64,000 nucleotides of DNA, taken from the NCBI GenBank assembly GCA_963676795.2, contig CAXXTB010000001.1, positions 1,120,001 to 1,184,000 on the forward strand, read 5' to 3'. This document shows positions 41,216 through 50,546 of this stretch, piece by piece. How positions within the stretch are numbered: the first letter of the stretch is position 1; every line of letters starts with the position of its first letter. The DNA comes from Geopsychrobacteraceae bacterium. Lineage in GTDB: Bacteria > Desulfobacterota > Desulfuromonadia > Desulfuromonadales > Geopsychrobacteraceae. Both the position numbers and the translations under genes were made by a program. The notes below the pieces were generated by a model. It did no database searches, was not told where the DNA came from, and saw only the letters and a list, made by a program, of their open reading frames with translations.

Positions 41216-41505
41216 ATTTTTAAATTGCTGGAATGTAAGAGATATTTTTCTGTAGCTTGGGGATGTGCATTATTTTTAGGCAGCAGTATTCTGCGCTGCT
41301 CAAGAGCTGGACATCAGATTGTTTGAAAAGAGAATGCCCTCTGCAAAAAAATCGAAAGATTCATTTCTGCCTTGTCCCGGGAGACTGAGCTTATTTTGAC
41401 CAGCGCTTTGCTGAATTGGATAAAAAACGGGCAGCCTTCTGATTGAAGACTGTCCGTATTTATTGGGGGAGCAGGGGGCTTCTGCAGTCTTGTCAGGACG
41501 GGGCG

Positions 41506-43083
41506 CTAAAGCTCCAGACAGGCCGCAGGCAGCTTGATGGTGAAGCAGCTCCCGCCCGCTGGATTGTCACTGACTTCCAGGGTTCCCTGGTACTCGGCGA
41601 TGATTTTCCGGCACAGGTAGAGCCCGAGCCCGGTGCCTGTTCCGTCCTTGCGGGAGGTGAAGAACGGTTCGAAGATTCTTTCTTTCAGATCTTCAGGGAC
41701 GCCCGGTCCATTGTCGCAGAAATCGATCTGGATCCCGTCGAGTTGTGACCAGCTGGTGTGAACGCAGATCTGGCCATGGGGACCCATCGCCTGAACGGCA
41801 TTGAGAACCAGGTTGATGAAAATCTGCTTGAAGCGGTTCTTGTCGATGAAGATCGATGGCAGGGTCATGTCCAGATCGTTCTTCAGTGTGGTGTGTGATT
41901 TGTTCAGTTCATAGCGCAGCAGGGCGACAACATCCTTGACTGTGTCGTTGATATTGACCAGTTTGCGTTTGTCATCCTGGTTGCCGGAATAGGTCAGCAG
42001 TTCGGAAGTGAGGTTCTGCAGGCGTTCGACCTCGGTCTCGATCCGTTCGAGCAATTCCTGCTGATCATCCGAATAGACGCACTCTTCCTGAAGCAGCTGG
42101 CAGGCGTAGCCGATGACAGCCAGCGGATTGTTGATCTCATGAGCAACGCCTGCGCTCATGCGGCCGACTTCGGCCAGCTTCTCCGACTGGATGGTCTGGG
42201 CCAGCAGCTGTTCGAATTCGGTGATATCCTCGACGACGACGATCGCCCCGGTGGTTTTTTCCCCTTCCTTGAGCGGTCCCAGGCGGCGCTTCTGAAGGCG
42301 ACTTTCGCCTGTTCTGCCGCGGTGCAGCAGGCGCAGGCTCTGCGCTTTGCCGGTTTTGAGCACCCGGCGCAGGCGTTCGGCTACCCCTTCCTCTTCAAGG
42401 GTCGGAAACAGCTGCAGCAGCGGTTTACCCATCGCCTCTTCGGCCGGGATCTTGCTGATTTCAGCCATGCTCTGGTTCCAGGAGGTGATGCGCATCTGGG
42501 TATCTATCGTATAGATGCCGAGGCTGACGTTGGCCAGGATCTGCTGGTTGAGGTGTCCCAGCTTGTTCCGTTCGCGTGAAACGCGGCACAGGTCGCTATA
42601 GAGCTGGGCGTTGTCGATGGCGATGGCGGCCTGGCCGGCGAGGATCGAAAGGGCGTCGCAGTCGGTCGCGGTAAACGCCTCGCATTTGGTACTTTCAACG
42701 TTGAAGGCTCCGATGACCCGTTCCCTGGCGATCAGCGGCACCGCCAGTTCCGAGCAGGCCGCATCGATGCCGTGAATGTAGTCATCGTCTGAACTTAGGT
42801 TGTTGATCAGGTAGGGGCGGCCGTACTTGGCGGCCTTGCCCATAACCCCCTGTCCGAGCAGAATCGGTTCGGTCACCGCGTCGTCACTGTAGCCGTAGGA
42901 GGCGACGGTCTCCAGCTTTTGACCATCGGGGCTGATCAGGCGGATAATGGCGTTGTCGAAGCGGAAAACCTCGCGACTGATCTCCAGGATTCTTGGCAGC
43001 AGGCTGTCGATATCGGTGATAGAGGCCAGTTCCTTACCGACGTCGAGGAGTGCCCTGAACAGTATTTGATCTTGATCCGCCAT
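41506..43083 (-). CDS. Cytoplasmic GAF-PAS sensor histidine kinase (possibly GnfK-like)
   Basis: GAF, PAS, AHEINNPL H-box, GTGLGL; position next to glnK-amtB. Confidence 0.9.
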   Translation of the reverse strand: MADQDQILFRALLDVGKELASITDIDSLLPRILEISREVFRFDNAIIRLISPDGQKLETVASYGYSDDAVTEPILLGQGVMGKAAKYGRPYLINNLSSDDDYIHGIDAACSELAVPLIARERVIGAFNVESTKCEAFTATDCDALSILAGQAAIAIDNAQLYSDLCRVSRERNKLGHLNQQILANVSLGIYTIDTQMRITSWNQSMAEISKIPAEEAMGKPLLQLFPTLEEEGVAERLRRVLKTGKAQSLRLLHRGRTGESRLQKRRLGPLKEGEKTTGAIVVVEDITEFEQLLAQTIQSEKLAEVGRMSAGVAHEINNPLAVIGYACQLLQEECVYSDDQQELLERIETEVERLQNLTSELLTYSGNQDDKRKLVNINDTVKDVVALLRYELNKSHTTLKNDLDMTLPSIFIDKNRFKQIFINLVLNAVQAMGPHGQICVHTSWSQLDGIQIDFCDNGPGVPEDLKERIFEPFFTSRKDGTGTGLGLYLCRKIIAEYQGTLEVSDNPAGGSCFTIKLPAACLEL

Positions 43084-43147
43084 GATCGATTTCATCTCTA
43101 TAAAGAAGGATTGGTCAATAAATTTTACAAATGATCAGCATGATATA

Positions 43148-43163
43148 AGCAGGAAAGATGCCA
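43148..43163 (-). promoter_or_regulatory. sigma54 promoter of the sensor kinase
   Basis: TGGCAT-CTTTC-CTGCT. Confidence 0.7.
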
Positions 43164-43203
43164 AACTGCGGATATGCGGTATAGCGCTGTATGGTGTATA
43201 TCT

Positions 43204-43219
43204 TGGCCTGGTTTCTGCA
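43204..43219 (+). promoter_or_regulatory. sigma54 promoter of the sugar phosphorylase
   Basis: TGGCCT-GGTTT-CTGCA, 43 nt before ATG. Confidence 0.6.
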
Positions 43220-43262
43220 AGTTTTTTGGTCACATTTTATTCATCAACCGAAAGGTTTGCCT

Positions 43263-45017
43263 ATGATCGCCTCACATTCGACCTTGCAGCAACGAATCAG
43301 GGAGCGGCTTGACTTCCTGTTCCCCGACGCCGATGGCGAAGATCTCTATCGCCGGGTCATGGCCGTTATCGATCAGTATCAGATCTATCTCGGTCGCCGC
43401 CAGCCCTACCGCCACTGGAATCAGCAGGATGTCATGCTGATCAGCTACGGTGACTCGATCCGTACCGAAGGTAGCCTGCCGCTCCAGACTCTCAACCGTT
43501 TTCTCAATGATTATCTGATCGGCGTTGTCAGTACCGTCCACCTGCTGCCGTTTTTTCCTTACAGCTCGGACGACGGCTTTGCCGTCATCGATTACCTGCA
43601 GGTCAATCCGCGGCTCGGCTCCTGGAACGATGTCGCCGAGATCGATCGCAACTTCGACCTGATGTTCGACCTGGTCATCAACCATATCTCCAGCCAGCAC
43701 CAGTGGTTTCAGAAGTTCCTCCAGGACGAGCACCCCTGGCGCAAATATTTTATCTGTCCGCCGGTCGATGCCGACTTAGGCCAGGTGGTCCGGCCGCGGG
43801 CGACCCCGCTGCTGACCCTGGTTGCCACCGCCGCCGGAGAGCAGAACGTCTGGACGACCTTCAGCGCCGATCAGGTTGATGTCGATTTCTCCAATCCGGA
43901 GGTGCTCATCGAGTATCTGCAGATCCTGCTCAGTTACCTTGAAAACGGTGCCCGTTTTATCCGCCTCGATGCCATCGGTTTTCTGTGGAAGGAGTACGGA
44001 ACCAGTTGTATCAACCTGGCTCAGACCCATGAGGTGGTGCGCCTGTTGCGCGATGTCGTTGACCTGGCTGCACCGGGAACTGTGCTGCTGACCGAAACCA
44101 ACGTGCCGCATCAGCAGAACGTCAGCTACTTCGGTGACAGCGACGAAGCGCACATGGTCTACCAGTTCAGCCTGGCGCCATTGCTGCTGCACGGGCTTTA
44201 CCGTGGCACCTCGCAATACCTCAACGACTGGGCGCGCAGCAGCTGCCTGACCCCGCCCGGCTGTACCTTCCTCAACTTTACCGCCTCCCACGATGGCATC
44301 GGCATGCGCCCCCTGGAAGGCCTGATTCCGCAAGGGGAGGTCGATCTGCTCCTGCACGGTATGGAGAAGTACGGCGGCATGATCAGTTACCGCAGCCGGG
44401 ATGATGGCAGTAAGAGTGCCTATGAAATCAACATCACCTATTTCGATGCCCTAAATGGCACCTGGATGGGCGAGGACAGCTGGCAGATCGCCCGGTTTCT
44501 GCTCGCCCAGACTCTGATGATGGCGCTACGCGGCATACCGGCGCTTTATATCCACAGTCTGCTGGCCACGCCGAACGATCACGATGGGGTTGAAAAAAGC
44601 GGCCGGGCGCGGATGATCAACCGCCACAGCTGGGATGAAGAAAAACTCAAAACCCTGCTCGACGATCCAAACTCAACACAAGCGATCGTCTTCAATGAAC
44701 TGCGCCGCCGGATCAAGATCCGCACCGCCCAGCCCGCCTTCCACCCCGACGCCCGCCAGGAACTGGTCCATCTAGGTGACAGCCTGTTTGCCTTCTGGCG
44801 TCAGAGCTTAGACGGCAAACAGCGCATCCTCGCCGTCCATAATCTGACCGATCAGCTCAGAACCCTTTATCTGGGTGATGCCTTAAAGGGACCGCTCAAA
44901 GGAGAATGGAAAGGGCTGTTGACCGGTGAGGCAGTTGTCGGTGATCAGGGCGAGATTCGTCTGCCGCCGTACCATGTACTGTGGTTGACGAATGTCTCTG
45001 CAGTACATGATTCTTAA
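43263..45017 (+). CDS. GH13 sucrose-phosphorylase family protein (likely glucosylglycerate phosphorylase)
   Basis: HLLPFFPYSSDDGF, WTTFSADQ, RLDAI, TETNVP, ASHDGIG, YEIN. Confidence 0.88.
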   Translation: MIASHSTLQQRIRERLDFLFPDADGEDLYRRVMAVIDQYQIYLGRRQPYRHWNQQDVMLISYGDSIRTEGSLPLQTLNRFLNDYLIGVVSTVHLLPFFPYSSDDGFAVIDYLQVNPRLGSWNDVAEIDRNFDLMFDLVINHISSQHQWFQKFLQDEHPWRKYFICPPVDADLGQVVRPRATPLLTLVATAAGEQNVWTTFSADQVDVDFSNPEVLIEYLQILLSYLENGARFIRLDAIGFLWKEYGTSCINLAQTHEVVRLLRDVVDLAAPGTVLLTETNVPHQQNVSYFGDSDEAHMVYQFSLAPLLLHGLYRGTSQYLNDWARSSCLTPPGCTFLNFTASHDGIGMRPLEGLIPQGEVDLLLHGMEKYGGMISYRSRDDGSKSAYEINITYFDALNGTWMGEDSWQIARFLLAQTLMMALRGIPALYIHSLLATPNDHDGVEKSGRARMINRHSWDEEKLKTLLDDPNSTQAIVFNELRRRIKIRTAQPAFHPDARQELVHLGDSLFAFWRQSLDGKQRILAVHNLTDQLRTLYLGDALKGPLKGEWKGLLTGEAVVGDQGEIRLPPYHVLWLTNVSAVHDS

Positions 45018-45195
45018 GGTTGAGAGGCCTCTACTTAATGCTACAATTTTCGCAGATGTTTGTGAAATTTTCTAAGCAAAGAGGCTGATCTCCTTGTTGA
45101 ACCCAATAGTGCTGACGGTGATGCCCGGCGTGTTGAGTCAGAAGATTGGCCCTCGATAGAGATTTGGTATCGCTTTCACTGGGACAAAAATAAAT

Positions 45196-46245
45196 ATGCT
45201 CGAAAAACTCACCTCTTTTGGGCCGTTAACAATCACCGTCATAGCAGCTGGAGCGGTTCTCTGGCTGGCCCACTGGTTTCTCATCAAACGCCACCCGGAT
45301 ATCGGTAATGAGCGTATGTTCCCGCGTCAGCTCATTATGCTCGGGTTGACGCTTATCGCACTGCTGGTCTTTGTCTTTGCCTTGCCGGTCAGCGAGAGTT
45401 CGCGCAACCAACTTATGGCGTTGCTCGGAATTTTGATATCGGGAATTTTCGCATTCTCGTCGACAACCGTTACTTCTAACCTCATGGCGGGGGTTCTGAT
45501 GCGCATCACCAAGCCATTTAGGGTTGGTGACTTTATCCGGGTCGGTGAACATTTCGGCCGGGTTTCCGAACGTGGAATGTTCGATACGGAAATCCAGACG
45601 GAAACCCGTGAACTTATCGCTCTGCCAAATACTTACTGTATTAGCAACCCTGTGACGACAATCCGCAGTTCAGGGACCATTATCTCCGCTTCATTGTCGC
45701 TTGGTTACGATTTGGATCACAGGAAAATCGAACCATTGCTTGTACACGCGGCCGAAGCCTGTGGGTTGCTAGAGTCTTTCGTTCATATTCTGGAATTGGG
45801 TAACTTTTCAGTGACCTATCGCGTGTCGGGCTTACTCGAGGATCCGAAGCGTCTTATCTCCTCGCGTTCAAAACTCTACGGCTGCGTTTTGGACACCCTG
45901 CATAGTCAGGGGATTGAAATCATGTCACCCTCCTTTATGAACCAAAAAAGGCTCACTGATGACGCAAAAATGATACCTCCCACGACAGTTGTCACCCAAC
46001 CTGGGGAACCCGAATCTTCAGCGGAAGACATTGCTTTCGACAAGGCAGAGCAGGCCGAGCAGATGGAAAATGAAAAATTTCAGCTGAACGAGGAGATTGA
46101 AAATCTGGAAATGCTGTTGAAGCAGTCAGCAACGGATGAGGAGAAGCGCTCCCATGAGGCAACGCTCGAGAATGCTCAGGCGCGATTGAAGTCTCTTCAA
46201 GAGTCAGTCGCGAAAAATGGAGGGAAAAATGGTGTCACTGACTGA
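45196..46245 (+). CDS. Mechanosensitive ion channel (MscS) family protein
   Basis: TM helices, NLMAG..KPFRVGDFI..G.V. Confidence 0.88.
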   Translation: MLEKLTSFGPLTITVIAAGAVLWLAHWFLIKRHPDIGNERMFPRQLIMLGLTLIALLVFVFALPVSESSRNQLMALLGILISGIFAFSSTTVTSNLMAGVLMRITKPFRVGDFIRVGEHFGRVSERGMFDTEIQTETRELIALPNTYCISNPVTTIRSSGTIISASLSLGYDLDHRKIEPLLVHAAEACGLLESFVHILELGNFSVTYRVSGLLEDPKRLISSRSKLYGCVLDTLHSQGIEIMSPSFMNQKRLTDDAKMIPPTTVVTQPGEPESSAEDIAFDKAEQAEQMENEKFQLNEEIENLEMLLKQSATDEEKRSHEATLENAQARLKSLQESVAKNGGKNGVTD

Positions 46246-46450
46246 TCAACAAAGATCATCAGCAAGATTTTTAGAGGTTTTCAGTCAATAACGGGACGCC
46301 GCTGCATTTTTCAAGTACCAGATTAACCTGTTGAGCCGGTTATCTCATCTGCTAGGCTTAAGCTGATTTATGTTTAACTCATGAAAGAAAGTTCGATCAG
46401 TCAACCCTTAATTGAAAAGTCAGCTTCCACTGGATCTACAACTATCTGGG

Positions 46451-47190
46451 AGTTCCGGGGACAGTATATAGATCTTTGACAAAGACTTGTTGCCTGATAG
46501 TCTTTTTCTTATGGCGAGAATAGCACGAGTTATCGCACCGGGCTTGCCCCATCATGTAACGCAACGGGGCAACCGGCGGCAGACGACATTTTTTTGCGAT
46601 GAAGATTTTCAGATCTATATCGATCTGATGGCTCATTGGTGTGCCAAGTATCATGTGGATATCTGGGCTTGGTGCCTCATGCCAAACCATGTTCATTTAA
46701 TTGCGGTGCCAACAGATGAAGCCGGCCTGGCGCGTGCGATTGGTGAAGCGCATAGACGCTATACCCGACATGTCAATTTCCGTCATGATTGGCGGGGTCA
46801 TCTGTGGCAAGAACGTTTTGCTTCTTTCCCTATGGATGAAGCCCATCTTCTTGCCGCTGCGCGTTATATAGAAATGAACCCTGTCGCTGCAAACCTGGTC
46901 TCTGACCCTGGGCAGTACCCCTGGAGTAGTGCGAAAGCGCACCTCAATGACCAGGATGATGGTCTGGTTAATCGCGCTCCACTGTTGGATCTGGTTTCAG
47001 ACTGGCAAAGTTTCCTAAAGCTAAGTAACGAAGAAGAACTGGAGATTTTGCATAAACATGAGAAAACAGGGCGACCACTTGGGAATTTGTCATTTGTTGA
47101 AAGTATCGAAGTTCTATTAGCACGGACATTGCGGCCTCTGCCACCAGGGCCAAAGAAGAATGATTAGTTCTATATACTGTCCCCGGAACT
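46451..47190 (+). mobile_element. 740-bp unit: HUH/Y1 transposase-like gene bounded by perfect 22-bp inverted repeats
   Basis: AGTTCCGGGGACAGTATATAGA (46451-46472) is the exact reverse complement of 47169-47190. Confidence 0.85.
46511..47167 (+). CDS. Y1 (HUH) tyrosine transposase, RAYT/TnpA-REP-like
   Basis: HHVTQRGNRR, CLMPNHVHL (HUH), GHLWQERF, YIEMNPV (catalytic Tyr), YPWSS. Confidence 0.92.
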   Translation: MARIARVIAPGLPHHVTQRGNRRQTTFFCDEDFQIYIDLMAHWCAKYHVDIWAWCLMPNHVHLIAVPTDEAGLARAIGEAHRRYTRHVNFRHDWRGHLWQERFASFPMDEAHLLAAARYIEMNPVAANLVSDPGQYPWSSAKAHLNDQDDGLVNRAPLLDLVSDWQSFLKLSNEEELEILHKHEKTGRPLGNLSFVESIEVLLARTLRPLPPGPKKND

Positions 47191-47266
47191 GGTCAATCAT
47201 GTGGAGTTTAATCTATGAGACAGCAGTGTCCTATGATAGAGACTTTGCCGTCATAGGCATAAAACC

Positions 47267-47326
47267 ATATAACAAAGCTAATTCAGCCGACGCAAAAAGC
47301 CACGCGGCTGATTAGCAGCGTTAGGC
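47267..47326 (+). other. Integron attC site (60 bp)
   Basis: ..TAAC-AAA-GCTAATTCAGCCG..CGGCTGATTAGC-AGC-GTTAGGC: R''/L''/L'/R' boxes with one extrahelical base. Confidence 0.85.
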
Positions 47327-47351
47327 AGCGGAAATGTGAAAGGAATGAATA

Positions 47352-47762
47352 ATGTCAGAAATAGCCACAGGTTCTTGTACATGCCAGGCTGTCCAATACT
47401 CGGTTAAAGAAGAATTGAAATCGGTAGTTAACTGCCATTGCAATACATGCAAAAAAATGACTGGAAGCGCCTTTTCGGTCGTTGCATTGATTCAGGAACA
47501 AAATTTAGAAATCACAAAAGGTCAGGATAAAATTGCGACCTACTCAATTAGTGAGAATGCAACTAAGCATTTTTGTAGTGTATGCGGCTCACCAATCTAC
47601 AATGAACACAAGGCGTATCCCGGCCACTGCTTGCTCCCCGCAGGAACCCTAAATGATCCATCTGTTATAAATCCAGCAATGAACATTTTCTGTGAGAGCA
47701 TGTTGCCGTGGGTAAAAAATATCTCGGAACTGAAATCCTTTGACCAACTACCCCAGAAATAG
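47352..47762 (+). CDS. GFA family (CENP-V-like) protein, gene cassette
   Basis: GSCxC, CHCxxC, HFCSVCGSP; AT-rich; lies between two attC sites. Confidence 0.9.
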   Translation: MSEIATGSCTCQAVQYSVKEELKSVVNCHCNTCKKMTGSAFSVVALIQEQNLEITKGQDKIATYSISENATKHFCSVCGSPIYNEHKAYPGHCLLPAGTLNDPSVINPAMNIFCESMLPWVKNISELKSFDQLPQK

Positions 47763-47766
47763 GGTT

Positions 47767-47875
47767 GCCTAACCATGATCAACCGGACGAAAAATGCGTC
47801 TGCGCTAAATTGAAAATCAAAATTGTGGTGGTCGGCAAGCAGTTCGTCGCCGCCGGTTATCATGAACCGTTGAAT
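47767..47875 (+). other. Integron attC site (109 bp)
   Basis: GCCTAAC..CATGATCAACCGG..CCGGTTATCATG..GTTGAAT; GCCTAAC is complementary to the preceding R' GTTAGGC. Confidence 0.8.
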
Positions 47876-47892
47876 AATCCAGGGAGCCGTTT

Positions 47893-48362
47893 TTGGAAAT
47901 ACGTTTCATGAAAGAAGGTGATTTGTGCCAGGCCGCCGACATTCACAAGGAAGCTTTTGTCCGCCAACAAATGTCTTACGAATGGCTCGAATGCAATCTG
48001 AAGGCATTTCCACGCTTCCTCTGCTTTGTTGCTGAAATTGACAAAGACATTATCGGCTATATCATTTGGGCGCAGAAAAGTGGCTTCCGTCCGGAAGTTG
48101 TTCTTGAGTTGGAGCAGATCGCCGTTTCAACAAGCAGGCGAGGGCAGGGGATAGGGCGCAATCTTATCGAAGAATCCTTACCTCTGGTCCGTGAGCAGCT
48201 CGCAAAACGAGGGGCGACACTCAAGCACATCATTCGACCAGGGCGGATAATAGCGCGCAAAGGTTTTATCAAAAAACAATCGGTGCAGAGGCTGAAGCGA
48301 CAATATCAAACCTTTACTCTGCCGATGAAGTGCTGATGATCGCAAGAGATGTTGAACGATAA
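47893..48362 (+). pseudogene. GNAT acetyltransferase, frameshifted near 48233
   Basis: RRGQGIG motif; plausible C-terminus STRADNSAQRFYQKTIGA..DVER* lies in another frame. Confidence 0.75.
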
Positions 48363-48468
48363 AGATCAATTTACCGCGGCACGACTGCACAAACAGGTCA
48401 CTCCAGGTTTCATGCGGACGACGCTGCTGCCGATTATTTAATCCATATCAACTCTTGAGGGGGAACCC

Positions 48469-48915
48469 ATGCTGAACAGGTCTGACATCGCCGCAGAAAA
48501 GTTTTTGAGCGGCTTCAACTGCGCACAGTCCATTCTCTTTGCATTTCGTGATCTGGGCGATTTATCGGAAGAGGTGGCGCTGAAGATCGCATGCGGCTTG
48601 GGGGCTGGTATGGGACGCAAGGAAGAAGTTTGTGGTGCGGTCTCGGGCGGCATCCTTGCGTTGGGGATGAGATTCGGCCGTGGACCAAACGATGATTCCT
48701 CCGCTACGGATTTGACCTATCAAAAAACACGGGAGCTGATGGTCCATTTTTCCAGTAAGCATGGTTCCTGTATCTGTCGGAAACTGCTCAACGGTTGTGA
48801 GCTGACGACAGAAGAAGGGCAGAGGATGTTCAAGGAGAATGAGCTGAAGACGAAGACCTGTGTGCCATGCATTCGGACAGTTGCTGAAATTCTGGAACAG
48901 TTGCTTCTTGAATGA
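48469..48915 (+). CDS. C-GCAxxG-C-C family redox protein
   Basis: FNCAQS, GAGMG..VCGAVSG, CxxL, C-terminal Cys. Confidence 0.88.
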   Translation: MLNRSDIAAEKFLSGFNCAQSILFAFRDLGDLSEEVALKIACGLGAGMGRKEEVCGAVSGGILALGMRFGRGPNDDSSATDLTYQKTRELMVHFSSKHGSCICRKLLNGCELTTEEGQRMFKENELKTKTCVPCIRTVAEILEQLLLE

Positions 48916-49035
48916 GCAGGCTAAGTTCCCATCTGTTATGCTATGCTCTGTCTCTTAATTGCCCATGAAAAATGAAAAATAGTCAAAGCTCATCGAACCT
49001 CAATTGAAAAGTCGCGTTGCAACGGATTTACAGCC

Positions 49036-50022
49036 ATGAAAATTGCCACATTGTCCTCCCTGTTTATCTCTGTTTTTCTCGTCCTCTTCACGGTTTTCGC
49101 CGGTCCGGCCTATGCCGAAGATGAGCCGCTCAGGTTTGATGTTTTTCTCGAACAGTTGCGCAGTGAAGCGCTGGAGCAAGGGATTTCCGAAAAGACCCTG
49201 GATCTGGCCTTCGCTGAGCTGAAGGCTCCGCAAAAGAAAGTTGTCCAAAAGGATCGGACTCAGCCGGAAGTTAAACAAACTCTGGAAAAATATCTGAAAA
49301 ACCGCACGGACAAGGCGCGCATCGATACTGGGCGCAAGATGCTGAAGACCTACCCGACCTGGCTGAACCGTATCGAGCGTAAATACGGTGTCCCGAAGCG
49401 GATTCTGGTGTCGTTGTGGGGGATAGAGTCGCATTACGGCAAAAGTTCCGGATCGATCCCTGTCGCGCAGTCGTTGACGACGCTTATCTATGAGGGGCGC
49501 CGCGCGGCGTTTTTTAAAAAAGAACTGTTCGTGGCTCTGCGTCTGGCCGATGACGGCCTGGTTCCTCTGGCCGGAATGTACGGATCCTGGGCCGGTGCAA
49601 TGGGGCAATTCCAGTTCATGCCGTCGAGCGTTCGCGTTTACGCGGTTGATGAAGACAACAGCGGAACCATCGACCTGTGGAAATCCGTTCCCGATTCACT
49701 GGGCTCAGCGGCCAATTATCTCGACCAGGTCGGTTGGGTCAGGGGGCAATCCTGGGGGCGGAGGGTTAAGCTGCCGAAGAATTTCGATTACTCCCAGGTT
49801 GGGCTGAAGATCCGTCAGCCGGTCACTTACTGGCGCGGGCTCGGCATCAAAAAGGTCAATGGTGGTTCGTTGCCAGGTTCAGCAATGGCGGCGTCAGTTA
49901 TCATGCCTGACGGGCCGCAAGGTTCTGCCTACCTGGTCTATGACAATTTCAGGGTGTTGATGCGCTGGAACAGGTCACAACTGTTCGCGATTACTGTCGG
50001 AGAGCTGGCAAATCGGTTCTAG
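49036..50022 (+). CDS. Lytic murein transglycosylase (MltB/SLT_2 family)
   Basis: LWGIESxYG, GSWAGAMGQFQFMPSS, RWNRS. Confidence 0.94.
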   Translation: MKIATLSSLFISVFLVLFTVFAGPAYAEDEPLRFDVFLEQLRSEALEQGISEKTLDLAFAELKAPQKKVVQKDRTQPEVKQTLEKYLKNRTDKARIDTGRKMLKTYPTWLNRIERKYGVPKRILVSLWGIESHYGKSSGSIPVAQSLTTLIYEGRRAAFFKKELFVALRLADDGLVPLAGMYGSWAGAMGQFQFMPSSVRVYAVDEDNSGTIDLWKSVPDSLGSAANYLDQVGWVRGQSWGRRVKLPKNFDYSQVGLKIRQPVTYWRGLGIKKVNGGSLPGSAMAASVIMPDGPQGSAYLVYDNFRVLMRWNRSQLFAITVGELANRF

Positions 50023-50059
50023 CCAACCGACTGCCAAGCTGCGTTTGTTCCATATCCAT

Positions 50060-50498
50060 TCAAGCCGGATGCCAGCATCCGGCTTTTCGGTGGTGCGAAT
50101 CGAGGCGCGTAGCGTCTCGTCTGAGCGCGAGTCGTTTAGCTAGATCGTTGCTACGCAGAAAACAGCGAGCAGTTTACTATCGGTGCCTTTGACTGTAGCG
50201 TTTCTTTTGCCCCCTTTTCTTTTCGCAAAAAGAAAAGGGGGCGTCTGTCGGTGCGAGAACCGACGGTTGTCTGGTTTCTATAGAGTCAAAAATCAAGACC
50301 GGCGGGTCCCGGCCCGCCAGCCGGGTTCATTTTCTTTGTGGCGACAAAGAAAACGGAACCAAAAGAAAACGCTTGAAAACACTGACGTAGTTTGTTGCTG
50401 ACGCTCTTCGTAGCCTTGGGGCTGCTATTCTCTACAGGCTCAAACGTGTCGCTTTGCGACCCGAATTCGCGCAATCGCAAAGCCGGTTCCCGGCTTGA
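50060..50498. repeat. Modular intergenic repeat copy 4 (cap A at both ends)
   Basis: TCAAGCCGG..CCGGCTTT at both ends in inverted orientation; right half matches 17161-17365. Confidence 0.85.
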
Positions 50499-50546
50499 TA
50501 TGCATGAAACAGGCATTGCACGTTTTAATTCATTAAGTAGTTATAT

